Source: an uncultured Rhodospirillaceae bacterium (GTDB lineage: Bacteria > Pseudomonadota > Alphaproteobacteria > MPNO01 > UBA830). Taken from it: a DNA stretch of 64,000 nucleotides. The stretch spans positions 347,888-411,887 of the forward strand of contig CAXBMQ010000001.1 in the NCBI GenBank assembly GCA_963977005.1, written 5' to 3'. The notes under the pieces are model-generated. The model searched no databases and was not told the DNA's origin. It saw only the letters and a program-made list of their open reading frames with translations. Positions 63,149 to 64,000 of the stretch are shown here, piece after piece. A program made the position numbers and the translations under genes. Position 1 is the first letter of the stretch. The number at the start of each line of letters is the position of its first letter.

Positions 63149-64000
63149 TCAGGCGGCGCGGCGGCGGCGAACGATGCCGAGCCCTGCGAGCCCGAGGCCA
63201 AACAGGGCGAGCGCGCCCGGTTCCGGAATCTGGGTCTGACCGCCGCCGGTGGTGCCGCCGCCCGGATTGGCTGTGCCGAACCCTTCGATATAGACGGTGC
63301 TGTCCAGGCTGTCGTCGCCCGAATCCGCTATGATGAAGGTCAGGGTGTTGCCGGTGGAGCCGGCGCCAACCACGCCCTCGAACAGCATGATCGGATCGCC
63401 GCTGCCCGCCGTCGGATCGAGAATGCCGTCCAGTTCCGTGCCGCCGATAAAGGCCATATTGGGGTGATCGATGTTGACCGGGTTGCCCGCGAACGTCGCG
63501 ATATTGACGCCGTTCAGATATATGCCGAACGCATCGATGTATTGGCTTCCAACCCATTCGGCGTATTCTTCGGATCCGAACACGACGTTGAAGAACACCC
63601 GGCTGATACCGGCGCCCACATCGAAGGTGAGATCGAGCTGGGTCACGTCGTTATGATTGAGCGAGCCGCCGGTGATGGGGTCGAGCAGGGCCTCTTGGGA
63701 CGCTGTCGCGCTGACGCCGAAGTTCGTGGTCGTCCCGGTCGCCGTGTTGGCGCCATCGCCGTAAGCGCTGACATTGCCGCTCGACAGGATAATGCCCGAG
63801 CCAATGCCGTATGTGCCGCTGCCGTTCGTATAAGTGCCGCTCGACGCGGCGCCGCCGCTGGTCTGGCTGCTCAGTGAAGAACCTGTCACGGTCAGGCCGG
63901 GCGTGCCGGCGAGAAGGGCGCTGACCAGATTGGCCGCCACGGTATCCTGCGTGACGGTGATGGCAGACGCCTGGCCGCTGATCGTGGCGACCGGCAGCGC
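63149..64000 (-). CDS. PEP-CTERM sorting-domain secreted protein (5' end beyond window)
   Basis: C-terminal IPEPGALALFGLGLAGLGIVRRRRAA. Reading frame stays open to the window edge. Confidence 0.6.
   Translation of the reverse strand, partial: ALPVATISGQASAITVTQDTVAANLVSALLAGTPGLTVTGSSLSSQTSGGAASSGTYTNGSGTYGIGSGIILSSGNVSAYGDGANTATGTTTNFGVSATASQEALLDPITGGSLNHNDVTQLDLTFDVGAGISRVFFNVVFGSEEYAEWVGSQYIDAFGIYLNGVNIATFAGNPVNIDHPNMAFIGGTELDGILDPTAGSGDPIMLFEGVVGAGSTGNTLTFIIADSGDDSLDSTVYIEGFGTANPGGGTTGGGQTQIPEPGALALFGLGLAGLGIVRRRRAA

Overview
This 64 kb window is high-GC (about 65%) chromosomal DNA with alphaproteobacterial hallmarks. The divergent tsaD | hemC-hemD-(Mic60-like)-hemY-like arrangement, a DUF1674 gene, rpe/rsmB/htpX housekeeping genes and an asnO-ngg-M42 NAGGN osmoprotectant operon all point that way. 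No tools were run, so every call rests on motifs and synteny I recognise by eye.

Main content, in order:
- 251..11778 (minus): a roughly 12 kb legionaminic/nonulosonic-acid (ptm/leg-like) sugar operon in which most adjacent genes overlap by 4 bp (ATGA). It runs legB-legC-neuC-neuB-acetyltransferase-ptmE-ptmF-neuA-ptmA, then a DUF115/Maf-like gene and a B12-binding radical SAM gene. A TauE-like membrane protein and a NusG/RfaH-type paralog sit upstream, and beyond them a wHTH regulator whose divergent intergenic region carries a regularly spaced palindrome array.
- 14217..24187: a UDP-sugar dehydrogenase, heparinase II/III-like protein, rpe, rsmB, htpX, DUF1674, a TPR protein and acs.
- 24314..29013 (minus): the NAGGN operon, driven from a strikingly AT-rich promoter that partly overlaps the 3' end of a Rieske gene.
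- 29242..41422: EVE-domain protein, gpsA, an oxygenase-like protein, hydrolases, an MCP, tsaD and hemC-hemD/mic60-hemY.
- 41505..45452: a tRNA-Thr(CGT) preceded by a 39-nt direct copy of its own 5' half, then a low-GC (about 45%) islet with two tightly coupled novel ORFs, then an orphan pstS with Pho boxes and a strong terminator.
- 45617..57654: a catabolic cluster (dienelactone hydrolase, MetE-like, MFS transporter, esterase, enoyl-CoA hydratase, acyl-CoA synthetase, SDR, hydrolase, thiolase) interleaved with PEP-CTERM secreted proteins.
- 57716..64000: a second low-GC islet encoding a 2TM-GAF protein beside a membrane class III cyclase, then a methyltransferase, MBL hydrolase, DUF126 protein and a partial PEP-CTERM protein.

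The most novel-looking candidate is the tRNA-flanked two-gene islet at 41932..43656. Both proteins share a wHTH-like N-terminal module, and the second carries a HEPN-like Rx4H motif near its C-terminus. I propose it as an uncharacterised abortive-infection or toxin-type defence module.

No CRISPR arrays, IS elements, integrases or rRNA genes were detected.
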